A stretch of 56,205 nucleotides of DNA, filler included, from Dugesia japonica (GCA_001938525.1; 5 parts of 5 records of this genome joined end to end with filler, not necessarily neighbours in it); one strand, 5' to 3'; positions 1 through 13,145 are shown, counted from the first letter of the whole stretch. Numbers and translations are program-made. The notes: a model not told the origin generated them from the sequence alone.

Positions 1-33
1 AATTTTACAGTTTATTCTTCCAGGCGTATTCAA

Positions 34-95
34 TTTTCTAAATCAGATTTTAGTAGTTTATTTTAGAATTTTAAGATAGTAATTTTTAATCGGTT
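34..95 (+). repeat. Left arm of a 62-bp inverted repeat (partner 1680-1741) bracketing the Polinton capsid fragments
   Basis: TTTTCTAAATCAGATTTTAGTAG...TAATCGGTT is the reverse complement of 1680-1741 with 1 mismatch in 62 nt. Confidence 0.9.
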
Positions 96-107
96 TAGTA
101 GTTAATT

Positions 108-843
108 TTAAGTATAAAATTTTCTTTTTTTTCTCATTTCCTTGGATCTTATTGGATAAACTGCATTTTGCTTCTTTAATCCAATTTGATGTCCTGTCAG
201 TACCGATGATTCAATTCGAACTCTTCTAACCATCAATTTTGCATCAAGTAATTGATATTGAGGTTCATCCCTTACAGATTCCAAACATAATCTTGAAGTT
301 GCAATTTTCATTCGAATGTGAACATTAACATCAGGAATAAGATATTTTGGTTGATCCATGAAATCAAGTTGCAACGATCCACCTAGAGACAATGCTTTAG
401 AGGCTTTAATATACTTTTTTCTATCTTCTTTATCTACATATCCAATTGCTGCAAGACAAAATTTCTTCCTGTCTCCATTATAATTCAAAATAGTTTTGTT
501 CATTACCTTTTGAATATGAGTTTCATTGCTCCCTTCAAGTTTGATTTCATTTAATGCCAGAATAACATCTTTGGACAGAGCATAAAACATAAAGTTTGTG
601 GGTGTTATATCAGATGTTTCAGTCGAATCCTTTTCATTTTTATCAACAATTTTAACCTGGACATACAATAAAGTATTATTCAAATCCAAATATTCTGTTT
701 GCGATCCACTTATAAAAAACATTACATCCTTTCTCGAATCAGAAATTGAATTAATTGGAAACATCTTCAAATGATTCATATTCAATAACAGCTTCAGGTG
801 ATGGGNGGTCGAAAATACACAATTCAGTTTTTCCACAAATCAT
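108..843 (-). pseudogene. Polinton/Maverick (adintovirus-like) major capsid protein, N-terminal about half; frameshifted and 3'-truncated
   Basis: ATG at 843 gives MICGKTELCIFD.PSP. After a frameshift: FFISGSQTEYLDLNNTLLYVQVKIV, ITPTNFMFYAL, LQLDFMDQPKYLIPDVNVHIRM, LLDAKLMVRRV, NAVYPI. These match the F54H12.2-like Polinton double-jelly-roll MCP family. Confidence 0.85.
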
Positions 844-1214
844 TTTTCAAATATAGTTCCATAGCCATTCATTTCTTTGTTTATACCTGGTAGTTTTGAT
901 TTCTTACGCTTTATTCCAGCACGATTAAGATTTGTTTAATTTTTTAACATCATTTTTGAGAGTTCGTCTCAAGACATAAAATTATTGAATTCAGACATTG
1001 CATTTGCTTTTAATGATGGTATAACTTTTGCATTATTTGATATTACATCTTGAGTTGTTTTCATACCAATAGCTCCAATACGTCTAAGAATAGGCAAAAA
1101 AAATCGACCAATTGTTTGCAACAATCAATACCCATACTGTTTTCCCACAAAGTAAGGTAATTCTCCACCAGCTTGACTGGTACTATATAATGCTACAATA
1201 TCAGGATTAGACAT
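840..1214 (-). pseudogene. Polinton/adintovirus small virion core protein (protease-cleaved), degraded
   Basis: MSNPDIVALYSTSQAGGELPYFVGKQYGY*LLQTIGRFFLPILRRIG shows QxGG/QxGxG-type motifs and an amphipathic helix; it lies between penton and MCP as in Polintons. Confidence 0.65.
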
Positions 1215-1640
1215 TTACTTTTCTAAAATGTAGGGTTAAATGAGTTTTTGAGTCTTCAGCAAAGTTAATTAAATAACCGTTATCATCTCACATATTGATT
1301 TCTATATTGTTTATACATGAAGTAGCAACTGGTAGATACACTGGATTCTTGACTATTATCTGAGCTACTTGATCATCTTAATAATTCTCCAAACATACAG
1401 ATTTCAACAAAGGAACACTAACATCGCCAACAATAACAGGTTAAACAATATTACTATATATGAATATTTCATGATGATAGTTCAACAATTTCAGTTTTTT
1501 AGGTGCAATTAATTCAATAGTTCCTTGAGTTGTAGTTATTTCGCTCTGGAAATACTTTTGTTTGACTAATCCAAGTGTTTTTGTTAAGATTTTATCAAAA
1601 TTTACACTTTTAACATTATCCAACTGCGAAAATCGAAATG
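1207..1640 (-). pseudogene. Polinton minor capsid (penton) protein, C-terminal part, with stops
   Basis: IFIYSNIV*PVIVGDVSVPLLK...KNPVYLPVATSCINNIEIN..DDNG...THLTLHFRK is the typical penton C-terminus. Confidence 0.8.
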
Positions 1641-1679
1641 TTTCATACGTTTTTAGATAAAGCGTTTTAAATATATTAT

Positions 1680-1741
1680 AACCGATTAAAAATTACTATT
1701 TTAAAATTCTAAAATAAACTACTAAAATCTGATTTAGAAAA
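1680..1741 (-). repeat. Right arm of the 62-bp inverted repeat; runs into an N gap
   Basis: Reverse complement of 34-95, 61/62 identical. Confidence 0.9.
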
Positions 1742-3030
1742 NNNNNNNNNNNNNNNNNNNNNNNNNNNNNNNNNNNNNNNNNNNNNNNNNNNNNNNNNNN
1801 NNNNNNNNNNNNNNNNNNNNNNNNNNNNNNNNNNNNNNNNNNNNNNNNNNNNNNNNNNNNNNNNNNNNNNNNNNNNTTAAAATTTCCTATTTATTATTAT
1901 TTTGTATTTGTAATTATTATTATTTTGTATTTTTATTATTATTATTATAACTAATAATATTATTATTATTATTATTTTTGTATTTAAAAGTATGTTATAT
2001 TTTGTTTTTGTTATGTGTTTCTAATTGTCTTATAATTTATAATTATTATTTCTTATTTATAAAAATATTTATAAGATTTAAAATATTAAAGTTTATTATA
2101 AATTAAATTGAAATATTAAAACAAGGGAAAATTCCCTATATAAATTTGAAATAATTTTAAAATAAATTTAGAATTCTATATTTAGAAATCTATAGAAAGT
2201 AAACTGACATCTTGGCAGTTTTTGTGACATGAAATATAAAAGTAATATGATTAACTAATTAATCGTTCTTGGTAACATAGTCAAAGCAGATAAAGTCTAA
2301 ACAAAATAATTTAATTACTTTATAAAAATTGGTATTCTAAATGATTATGTTATTTCAAATAATTATTCAAAATTTCATAAACTTTGAATATTAATTTGAA
2401 ATTACATAATCAATTTAACTTTATAAATAGTTTGTTTTAAAAGATTTATATTAGCGCGCTGGCAGAGTCCCGAGTTAGGTAATATTTATACGGTTTCAAA
2501 AGTTTCATACAGTTTAACGTTATCATATATACAGTCACTGTGATAGGAATTCATAAATTTCATTACGTAATAATTATAATACCCTGTAATATTTAATGTT
2601 ACATAATACATTTTATTGTGCACTTATTACGCCACCGGTTACGTAATTTAATTTCTTGTTTAAATAAAGTTAAATTAATGGTTTTTGTTTAGATTTTCAG
2701 ATTTTAAAAATTTTTAAAAAAATAATTTTTATGATCAGATTTCAAAAATTTTTATATCAAACAATTTAGAATTTTACAGGGATCATTTTTGGTTTTTACA
2801 ATACTTTACAGAATTTTTCGAAAAAAAATTTTATTCTCAAATTCGATCATCAAAGTATCTACTCGATGTATAATTGTTCGCTATCACGAATTAAATAACC
2901 TAAATTCATCAAACCTTATACACAAAAAGTTAAATCAATAATAGAAGTACTTAATATTGATACTTGAAAAACATTTTACAACATGAAAATACATAATAAA
3001 TAACAAAACAACTTTTAAAATAATATTTCT

Positions 3031-3261
3031 TCAAATGAGACTGGTTGAATTGTCTGCACTCTGTTTATCATCTTTTAACTTGGATCGTACTTTCAATCTG
3101 AGAACATCCTCACGACACACGAGACATTTCCTACCACTACACATTAAACCAATTTTCAAAAGTTCATTAAAATCTAACAAAACTTCTTCTATGTTCAATT
3201 TTGTCAGATTTTTAACCTTTTCCCAATATTTGCTATGTCGACAACTTTGATTTATCTTCAA
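3031..3261 (-). pseudogene. Possible Merlin/ISXO2-like transposase N-terminal zinc-finger fragment
   Basis: LLKIGLMCSGRKCLVCREDVLRL..KLKDD resembles the L..GL....C..C...M.L.....D pattern at the N-terminus of Merlin transposases; no DDE core seen. Confidence 0.4.
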
Positions 3262-6076
3262 AATCAGTAATTAACTTTTTCAATAATAAAAGATTATTAT
3301 AAACTATTTAATTTTTAATTTACCTTATTAATACTTTTTGTTTAGGACTCTATAACTGTTAAGCATTGTCTTTACAACTTACTGATTTCTGAAATCAGGG
3401 AATATGATCAAACGACTCTAAGTGAATTATTTGTAAGAATCGTATGAGTAGATACATATGAACGCACTAGCCCAAACACCCCAGGATTATTGATGTAATG
3501 AAATTTAATCACCATGTTTTTAGTTTGGAATTTATGTCATTTTTCACCTCATTTTCTCTATATTTCTCTATTTTCGGGTTATTTACTCTAATTTTGTACT
3601 TTTCGTTATTTTTGTCCTATATTGCCCTATTCTACACTATTTTTCATAATTTCTTCATATTTATGTATTAAGTTTATTAATGACTCATTTTGTATTTCAT
3701 TGATTGATAGGGTAAATTACTTAATATGTCCGACCTTTATTAATAACTCACGTTTTTTTTGGCAAAAGATTAAAAGATAAGTTCATTACAAAATTAAGAT
3801 TAATGGAGTATATGAATGTCACTCCCGTTACATTCTACCATCATTCAAAGGAAATTTAAGTTTCAACATGAAAAATAGTGGTTATCTAGTGAAATATAGG
3901 CATTTTTTTCGATAAAATCCTTAATTATCGGTTTGCATCTTTACTATTAAGAAGATGTGAGGGCATCAGATCATCCACCATAGCGAAAATACATAACTGA
4001 TCTGAAAAAGTGAGCTACTGGTTATCGTGGATTTATTGATTTATGAATTTTTATTGGATCAAATTCGAAAAATTTTTAAGTTGTGGTTTAAATTCATGCG
4101 GGATTTTAGCGAGAATTTTAAATTTTCTTTTACTTTTTTTGAATTTTTTAAAAATTTTATTTCTGGATTTGTAGGTATTGCGGGTATTGTGGGTTGATGG
4201 TATTGTGTGTGAAAAGTTTGGATGTTTATTTGGATGAAAGTTGTGTTTGTGTGAGTGCGTNNNNNNNNNNNNNNNNNNNNNNNNNNNNNNNNNNNNNNNN
4301 NNNNNNNNNNNNNNNNNNNNNNNNNNNNNNNNNNNNCAAAGGTAACTATGGGTGAAAATGGGTCAGGGGCTCTGATTTGGATTTATGAATAAAACTTGTA
4401 TGATTTATGTTTAATGAAGAAAAAATCTTTGCGTTTATGATTCTTTAAAAAAGGTTCTTTGCTTTATTATTCTACGAATAAAAGTTCCATGCTTTTTTGA
4501 TTTTGTAAAGAAAAGTTCCACGCTTTTATAATTTTTTGAAGAAAAAATCCATGTTTTTTTGCAGAAAATTTCCATACTTTATAATTTTTTAAAAACGTTT
4601 AAGACATTATTATACTTATGTGGATAATATAACATCGGATTTGTATAATTTAATTGAGAAAATATGAATCTTTGTACTATATTGTACATAATAGGCATGT
4701 AATAGATATGCAAGTATGTTGTAAACATGTTATAGGCATTAATAAAGTACCAAAGAATGTAATTTGATAGCGTGAGTCATTCAAATTAGTATATAAAACA
4801 TTTCAATAAGGAAAATGATTTACAGATTAGATGGATTATTTGTAATGAATAGTCAAATAAGTGGATTAATTACTTGGACTTGGAAAAATAAAATGTAGCT
4901 AATAAAACTTATAGGTTGAGTGTTATTTGAATATTTTCGGCTATCTACGATAATATTGCAAAGAAATTGCTAAGACAAATACGGTTTCAACTCACTGAGC
5001 AGAAAGTAAAGGTTGTCCAAAAACTTTTAATTAGTGTAAGATGTGATATTGTAAAGTCGCACTGGACAGGGAAATGAAGGAGCATGATACAGAGATTCAA
5101 TAAATGCTTTAGGATTCTTGGTTACCCCTAAGATAGTTAGTGAAACCAACAATTATGTGAACGCAAGTGAATCAAGAATAAACGTTAGTAGCAAATCAAA
5201 ATCCAAGAATCCCGACGGAATTTTAGATTCAAATATTTGATTAATTGTGATTGTGAGTTATGATAAATATATCATTCCTTATTTACACATGAAATAGATT
5301 ATTTGAAATCAATTTCTCATTATTTTTGTTAAATCAGTTTTATTGGTCGACTAAGTAAAGTCATTATTTTATATATAGATGAAATAACTTTGTTGTTAAC
5401 AGAAAATATATATTGAAGATAGTTAAAGATAATTAAGCTCCATTAACTAGATTTTTGATAATTAATCCAATAACCATAGCTTTTTGATAATTGCCACGTC
5501 ATAAAATATTGATCACCAAAAAAAACCAAGGTATAAGTTCACAAAATTCTTATCGTTTCATCAAATGATAGCTTTTATTCCGTCTATTGATTACTGGGTT
5601 GGATAAAGGATTGCTAATTATTTTGATTTGTTGTTTTTGTTATTTATATGTTGCATTGTTGTATGTACGTGCCTTTATTGCTGACGGACCCAATAAAAAG
5701 AAGAAAAAATCAGTAAAGTTAAAAAAAAGATCAAACTGGGACTTTTGGTCAAAACCAAAACTCTGCTCTCTCAATACTGATGTATTGCTGAACAAAGAAA
5801 ATCGGCTTAATGGCATGATTCGATGCAATGATGGATACTGTTTATTTAAGTGATTTAATATTTTCCAGTATTTTCAGTCAAAATAATATCAATATTATCT
5901 AATTATTTTTTCCGCAATTTCTTTATAATTTTGTGGATTATTTGACAATTTTACTAAAATTACAAACGTAAATTGCATATTTAAAAAAGATAAATTAATC
6001 AGTATTTATTTATAAAAGTTTGAAAACGGCTGCTCTACAAAATGAAATTCACTTTATGATACAATTTCTTAATTTA

Positions 6077-7374
6077 TTAGGTGTGTGGATTAATTTTAAA
6101 GGTATTTTCTACAAAGTTTTACAAAAAGAAAAGTCGAGAAAAACAGCTGTATTATAAGAAATGGATACAAATTGTTCATTCTAAATATTGATCATCGCTG
6201 GACACTACTCTCTTTCATCTTTACGGCAAAAAGTAGATTTCACGACGAAAGAAGGAAGCATCTTGTGAGGCTATCCAGGAATCCAACCATTTTTTCGTAT
6301 CCTCATAAGAATGAAAACACTGATCCAAAAGGGCATAGGTCATCGATCTGAAGAGGTGAAAATCCGAAGAAGCAATATCTGGGGAATATGGCGGGTGTGG
6401 TAGTATTTCCCAGTTCAGGTTTTCTAAAGTGTCCTTTACAACTTTCCCGTATGTGGGCCAGGGTTGTCATGCCATAAAATAAAGCTGTCGTGTCTTCCTT
6501 TATAATCTAATGTTTTTACCTGTAACTCTTGACTCAGTTGTTTTTTTTGGTGTTTGTAGACTTTTGATGTGATAGTTTCGTTGGGTTTGAGCAGTTCGTA
6601 ATACACGACCCCAAGCTGATCCCACCAGATAGACAACATTAGTTTGACACCATGGATATTTGGTTTGGCAATCGACTGTGATGGTTCTCCCTGTCTGCAC
6701 CATGATTTTCTGCGCTTCGGGTTGTCAAATCGTACCCATTTTTCGTCACCTGTGAGGATACGATGTTAAACGTTTTTCTTTGATGCCTTTGGAGCAGCAA
6801 TTCAAATATAAATTTTTTCAACGGCTCTGGACTTCAATTTATAGGGTAGCCAATTTCCTTGTTTTTGTATCATTCCAATTGACTTCAGGAGTCTATAACT
6901 TGTGCTTCAACTAACATAATGATTTCGCAAGTTCTTCCTGCATCGCAATTGGGTCTTGATTGACTAAAGCCTCCAATTCTATATCATTCACTTTCGTAGG
7001 TTGTCCCAGACATATATTATTCTAAGTATCAAAATCACTACTTCTAAAGCGGCGATACCAGTATTCGCATGTTAAAATCGATGGGCTATATTTTTCATAG
7101 GCTTCTGACAGCATTTGGTGACTTTCCGCAGCGTTTTATTTCAAATTGAAGCCAAAAAGCAAACATTCCTGCAAATGGCTTTTTGTTGGGACAAATATTG
7201 ACATTTTGTTTGCTAAAAATAAAAATATCTTATGAGTATTTTTTAATGAAAATTATTGATTAGTATAATTCGGTAATTGGAAATCACAAGGGAACACAAA
7301 AATTTTGTCCCATTTCATATACTGCGTATAACATCATCAACTGCATGACCTTTAAAATTAATGCACACACCTAA
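6077..7374 (-). mobile_element. Full-length (about 1.3 kb) mariner, Mos1/mauritiana-like, defective
   Basis: 27-bp TIRs TTAGGTGTGTGGATTAATTTTAAAGGT / ACCTTTAAAATTAATGCACACACCTAA (1 mismatch), flanked by TA on both sides. Confidence 0.95.
6176..7204 (-). pseudogene. Mariner transposase with stops and frameshifts
   Basis: MSIFVPTKSHLQECLLFGFNLK, MLSIWWDQLGVVYYELLKPNETI, HDNPGPH, PPYSPDIASSDFHLFRSM. Confidence 0.95.
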
Positions 7375-8600
7375 TAATTGAGATTTTTTAAAGTATCAAT
7401 CAGAATGATTTAATGAAAATTCCATTAACAATTAAATTTAAATATAATATAAAAATCGTATTTATTAGTAGTACAAATTAAAAAATAGAATATTATAAGC
7501 ATTATATATAATTAGAAAACGCAATTTTTAAAGATTTATATTTGCAAGAAGGAAGCAGGTAGATAGTGGCGAACTGCACGAAATCCCCTCAGGATTACAT
7601 ACGAACAAAGTATTCCCAGTGTATTTAGTTGTGACTTTTTATGATTTCATATTAAGTAATGATTACGTAGCTGTGCACACCATTTGTTCAGTTGTTGGGG
7701 TATAACACCCAAGTAGAAAAATAAAATACGCAAGGACCTCCAAACCAGTCAGAAAATAGCTAAGCAATAAATTAAGGATATTAATGCAGAAAGGGTCCAA
7801 ACTGTATAAATAATCAATTAATCAATAATAATTTTGCATCAAATCAAAAACGAGAATAATTACAATAATTAAACCAAACACTGTTGAAGAAACCAGAAAA
7901 AGAATAAAATTAATATGGAAAATAATTAGAACCTATAAGAAAACTAACGGTAATTTATAATTAAGGAAATATTCAGAAAAGATCTAAAATCAGTTAATTT
8001 TATTAAAAAGAAATCAAGGATAATACAGAAAAAATTAATTAATAAGTGCAAATAAAAGAAGTTCATTAACGCAAAAAGTGTAAAAGACAAATTTCTTTTT
8101 CCTGGTAACACAAAATCAACGGGATAAGAAAAAGTGAACAGCTCTCGATAAAAGCAACCCAATTTTATCAAGAATAAAAAGTTATCATTTTCAGGGGAGT
8201 AAAAGGCCAATAAGGTATCACGAAAATTACGAAAGACAAAGAACTAAGAACTCTAAATAACCAACAATAGAATTTAAAGAAATTGTATAAAAACACAAAA
8301 TTCAGATAGGGAGATAATAAAGAGTCAAAGAAAGAGTCCAAAAATAACAGACCAATTGAGAGAGAGGTAGTATGTTATAAAAATACTATAAACATACTAG
8401 AGGAATGCGTGTGGTTATGGTGTCGTCAACGCCTAAGTCCCCGACTTCATACAACGATGGACATTATGAAAATTATTAAAATGCTGTATTAATCATATAG
8501 TTTGGCCTAATGCATCCTTTTTGTTCTGTTATTTTATAATTACAATATATCACAATCATTGAATCTTCTTGATTAATTGTTTTATCATCACTTCATTTAG

Positions 8601-9410
8601 TGAACTCTTCCAGCTCCAGGTCGGTTACCCAAATAAGAAATTACGCCTAGATAGTGAGGAACTGATTTCTACCGTTTTACCAAGCGAAATTAGGAAGCCC
8701 AAGTCTCTAAAGAGAAATCGAAAAACAAAAGCTACAAAAAGAGATGTCGTGAATACCGACTCGAGGCCTAACTCTCCCACTCGTAAGAGAGAGTTTGGAA
8801 GATCCAGTTTGAGTCATTCGAGAAGATCATTCGGTCACTTATCGAAAGAAAAAAAATTGGTCACCGACATGATGACCCTGCGTAAGCGGATACCTTTCGA
8901 GTCTTTGTTGATCGATAAGGCCTTGCAATCCCGTAATGACTCTGTATTTATGTGAATATATCTTTCTTTGTTATAATTTCAATTATTGAGTTCATAAAAT
9001 TTCCAGCTGCATTATTCTTTTATTACCTATTACCTATTAACTATTACCTATTGTAGTGCCTCGTATTTAATGCCCACGAAGTTTGAAACGCTGCCACAAG
9101 CTATTGCGCAGTCTTATAATCGAACGGTACTATGCCAAAAAGTGTGATCCTTTTCGCTTACGTCATATTCAACAGAAAAACCAACTCATCAAGAAAATAG
9201 AGTTAATATCAAAGAAAAAATTGTCATCACACACCAAACTGCGAATAAGCTCTTTAATAAGGTCAACTTCCTGACCCAGTATATCGCAGACTTAACAGAA
9301 CGCCAAAGCATAGCAGTGTTAAAATCTTGGAATGATAATGATGATGAGGCCACGTTCAATTTCACGGATAATGCGCCGGTCCGAATGGACTATGCCGAGA
9401 ACGCTTGATC
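8601..9410 (+). other. Unassigned coding-like stretch (basic Ser/Arg-rich ORF plus a downstream piece); possibly spliced exons or a TE accessory gene
   Basis: Higher GC than the flanks; ORF 8569-8955; candidate acceptors (catttag near 8600, cctattgtag near 9056); no recognisable domain. Confidence 0.25.
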
Positions 9411-10849
9411 ATTTTGAAATAAATATTTTTTGATGTGTTTTGATAGTTGTCTTAGTGATAAACTATAAAGGAAATTCTTGAACCCAAACCAAAGGGATGC
9501 GTGTTCTTACTCTAACTAGGGGTTGAGAGTCAACAGCTCCATTCCGAAAACCTAAGTAAGGGACATTAGGTCAAATTCTTAGCTGGTTTTCACTGAGGAC
9601 TGATCAACCAGTCAAAAATTTTAACGCCCGACTCAGATGGGACCCCAGCACAGTAATTAAGAAATTTTACACTTTTTTATATAATTTTTAGAATTTGTTG
9701 CGTAAGGTTAGTAGGTAGATCCAGGCGCACTGTACCACCTTCTCCCGCTGAAAACTTAGTATAGAAATACAGTGGTATAGATTTTAATCTGGTAAAGAAA
9801 TTTAGTGGTTTGATTTTTCATCTGGTGCTGAAATTCATATATAGAAATACCTCTGCGGCAATTCAATGTTTTTTTTGAATTTCCACGTAAATACTTCGTC
9901 GTACAGGTATCACCATGGGATTGTTGGATGACGCGGCGGATCCTCGATTCAATAAAGAGTGACGGTGTAAAAATATTAATGATGAAAGATTGATAACTTG
10001 CTCTTTTTTGAAAAGAACACAATAAGATTAATTTTATTTCTATTTTTAATTATTTATTTCTATATTTTCTGAAATAATTGAAATTATAGAAATTTTCCTC
10101 TATCGTATGGAAATGATTTAATTTTCAGATATCACTTTCAAAATTGAAAATTTTGTAATGTACTACGAAAATTTTTTTATCTAATTACACTAAAAATCAA
10201 AAACTGAATTTCATTTTAAATTCGTCAATAAAGATGTCAATTCAAAATACATAGAAGTCGACCCAGATTACAAAGATTGCTCAAATTACCTGAATTATGT
10301 GTATATGTATGTATCAATAAATTATGATTAAATATTACATGCAACACAAATGCAACATAAATGTATTTCAACAGTTTTAACAATCTTTTTTAAATAAATT
10401 TTATCAATTTACAATTTTTAAGTAGTTAATTTTTTTCATTTTTTATTCAGGTTTAAATTTAATCGGCGTATATCTCGCTACCTAATCGTCAAGCTCATTT
10501 GAAAACATGACAGATGTATTTTTCATCTCATTACTATTTAAATGGTATCAGGTTTGATGTATTTTGATTAAGAAAAGGTACGAAAAATTTATTTTTTAAA
10601 GTTTTTTTATCCTTTTTATGAATTTCTCGTAAATTATGCATTTTCACATATTAATCCTTTATAGGTAGTTTAGAATTGTCTACTCAATAGTAAAATTCAT
10701 GTTTTCATCATAATAATTGGAGGCTAGCAAGATTTTTAAACTTTAAAATTTTAAATATTTAATATCCCACCACTAAAATCTCAGGTTGAAATTATGAGAT
10801 AGCAGTTATGTTCCTTAAGCTTTTTATAAAATGAAAACTTAAAATATGG

Positions 10850-11030
10850 TATTTCATAAACATAAGAAAAAGCTTCGATCAAAATAAAATTTATTTGTAA
10901 AAAAGTTCAAATTTTCGACAATAGTCTTATTAACCTTATTTATTTTCATCGAAGCTTTTTCTTATTTTAATGAAATCTCAAATACGATCAATGGTTAAGT
11001 CCAACAATTATTCTCACAATAATTGTAATT
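10850..11030 (+). repeat. Interspersed repeat with an internal hairpin (other copies at 38750-38914, 42730-42850, partial near 53160)
   Basis: AAGCTTCGATCAAAAT...ATTTTCATCGAAGCTT inverted arms followed by TTTAATGAAATCTCAAATACGATCAA..TAAGTCCAACAATTATTCTC, shared with the other copies. Confidence 0.75.
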
Positions 11031-11149
11031 ATAAAATTAAAATATGGTTGTCAAAAAATATTTCAATATTCTTTTTCAATAAATAATTTATATTATCATT
11101 TATTAATTATATCCAACAAAGTTTGAGGGTAAAGAACATAATGTTCTCT

Positions 11150-11500
11150 ACATCATATAATGCAAAATATTTAAAGTAGATAGATTTCATCAGAAAAATA
11201 TTAACTTTAGTACCACAAGAACGAAATTATGCGGCGAATATTGATTTAAGGCAAGGATTTTGTCGATTCATTAACTCCATTCCAGACAATAATCTGATAT
11301 TTATGACGAAACCAGCATTAATCTTCATTAAATAAAAATTATAGATATCCATTAGAAAACACTAAATGCTTTATAACTTCTCCAGCTAATTAGGAAAGAA
11401 AAGTTTAATATTGGCTATCAGTGTAAATAGAATTATTGGATTTGAAATAAAAAACGGGTCATTTAATGGCAATTTATTTATCTATTTTTTAAAAAATATG
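11150..11500 (+). pseudogene. IS630/Tc1-like (DDE_3) transposase fragment
   Basis: RKILTLVPQERN...LRQGFCRFI...NLIF(x)DET-like segment; AISVNRIIGFEIKNGSFNGNLFIYFL. Confidence 0.65.
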
Positions 11501-11504
11501 TTAA

Positions 11505-12250
11505 AGACTAATTTAGGTGTCTTGGTAAAGTGTTTGCAAAGATTGGAATCAAGTCTGATTTTCTTGTTGAGGATTTTGCTTGATAGGTTTAGTTTCTTAA
11601 CTTTCAGATTACGAATGAGTAGGATTACTTTAGTGAAAGATTTTTCGATGGAGTCACAGCTTTCACAATAAAGATAATCATGACGTGTCGAGGCTTCATT
11701 GAGACGATAATAAAAGGTAGAAGAGGAGCAGTAGCGATTTATTTGAAGGATAGGTCCCTTGGTGTCTGCTAGGGTAGGTGAGATCTTTCTTTTAATAGTG
11801 AGAAGATCAATTTTTTGTATGGAACTGCTTTTAAAAACGTTTTTAAGATGTCCACAAAGGAAAAATCCAGATTTTTCAGATTTCTTTGTAACTTCATGAA
11901 GAGGAAAACAGTCTTGATAAATAGATTGATCATTTAGAGTATTGAGATGAAGATTTGGACAGAGGTCTTAATCCTTATTCTTTTTTCGGGATTTGATATG
12001 GGATCAATCCAGAAAGACGATTATTGAAAAAAAAGGCCTTCCAAGAGCGGCATTCATCGATTATTTGGCAGATGAAAGTATTTTTCTGAAAGAATTGTTT
12101 ATAAGATATTTTCAGCCGAATGAATGTTTCATCATTTCTAAGCAGGCTTTTAAATGATTTACAGTCCATAACTGAAAATATTGATGATTTGATCGTTTCT
12201 GAGTTTTTAAGGTTCACGGGCTCCCTGACACTCCAGAGTAAATTATAATT
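11505..12250 (-). pseudogene. Degraded basic ORF, possibly the N-terminal region of a Penelope-like or other retroelement
   Basis: Frameshifted coding-like run (CRSWKAFF..NRLSGLIP, KVKKLNL); no catalytic motif visible. Confidence 0.25.
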
Positions 12251-12978
12251 AGATGCTCTTACTCCAGGGGGAGCTACTGGAACCCCATATGAAATTTGGG
12301 TAACTAAACTCCTTGGAGGACCGCTCCATGAATAAAAGTCCTGGCGTTAACCGAAATCTCTGATCCTTTCCACTACCCCTTCGACTACCGGCAGGTTATA
12401 ACGGTCCGTTAAGACCCCTGCGTCTCTATTGTATGGGTTGTTGTAGCGCCTGAAAACCACTCGCCGGGTCTGACAATCCTTGACTTGTTCCCATCGATGC
12501 TCCACTGAAATAGAAATAGGCATTATCACTGAGAATGATATTTTCAACAAATATTGGTTGATTAAAATAATAACAGAAATATAACAAGAAAAAAATAAAA
12601 TATGCAGTTACGGATCACGATTTAAATCAACTCCATATTCCAACGAGAACATCTCTTTAAAACAACTTAAATCAGTCTCATTGGGGTGCTCCACTAGCTT
12701 GGGTAAAAGAAGGTGTACTTTCAACTGTTTTTTCAATGATCTCTTCCTCTCGTCGAATTATTTGTAATTTTGCCATGAAAATATTGGACATGCCTTATGA
12801 GTACAATATAACCGAAACGTAATAAACCCGTAAACTCTAATTATTAGTAGAAAATAATAGAACAATTCAGTCTAGACTACTTTAGTAAAAATAAAAATGG
12901 GACATCCGGTAACCACATAATAAACCTGAAACCTGACGAAAATTTAATATAAGCTTTAGGTTTGTAAATCAAATATCA

Positions 12979-12979
<1 letters not shown>

Positions 12980-13045
<66 letters not shown>
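12980..13045. repeat. (TAA)n microsatellite at contig end
   Basis: Perfect trinucleotide run. Confidence 0.98.
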
Positions 13046-13145
13046 NNNNNNNNNNNNNNNNNNNNNNNNNNNNNNNNNNNNNNNNNNNNTTAATTAATTA
13101 ANNNNNNNNNNNNNNNNNNNNNNNNNNNNNNNNNNNNNNNNNNNN
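13046..13145. other. Artificial contig linker 44N-TTAATTAATTAA-44N
   Basis: Exactly 100 bp; six-frame stop spacer; identical at four sites. Confidence 0.97.

Noticed and set aside
9590-9620. Hammerhead ribozyme-like CTGAGGA followed by a GACTG/CAGTC stem
   Set aside because: GAAA is absent after stem II and the core overlaps the stem; two lesions would be needed and stems I and III are not evident.
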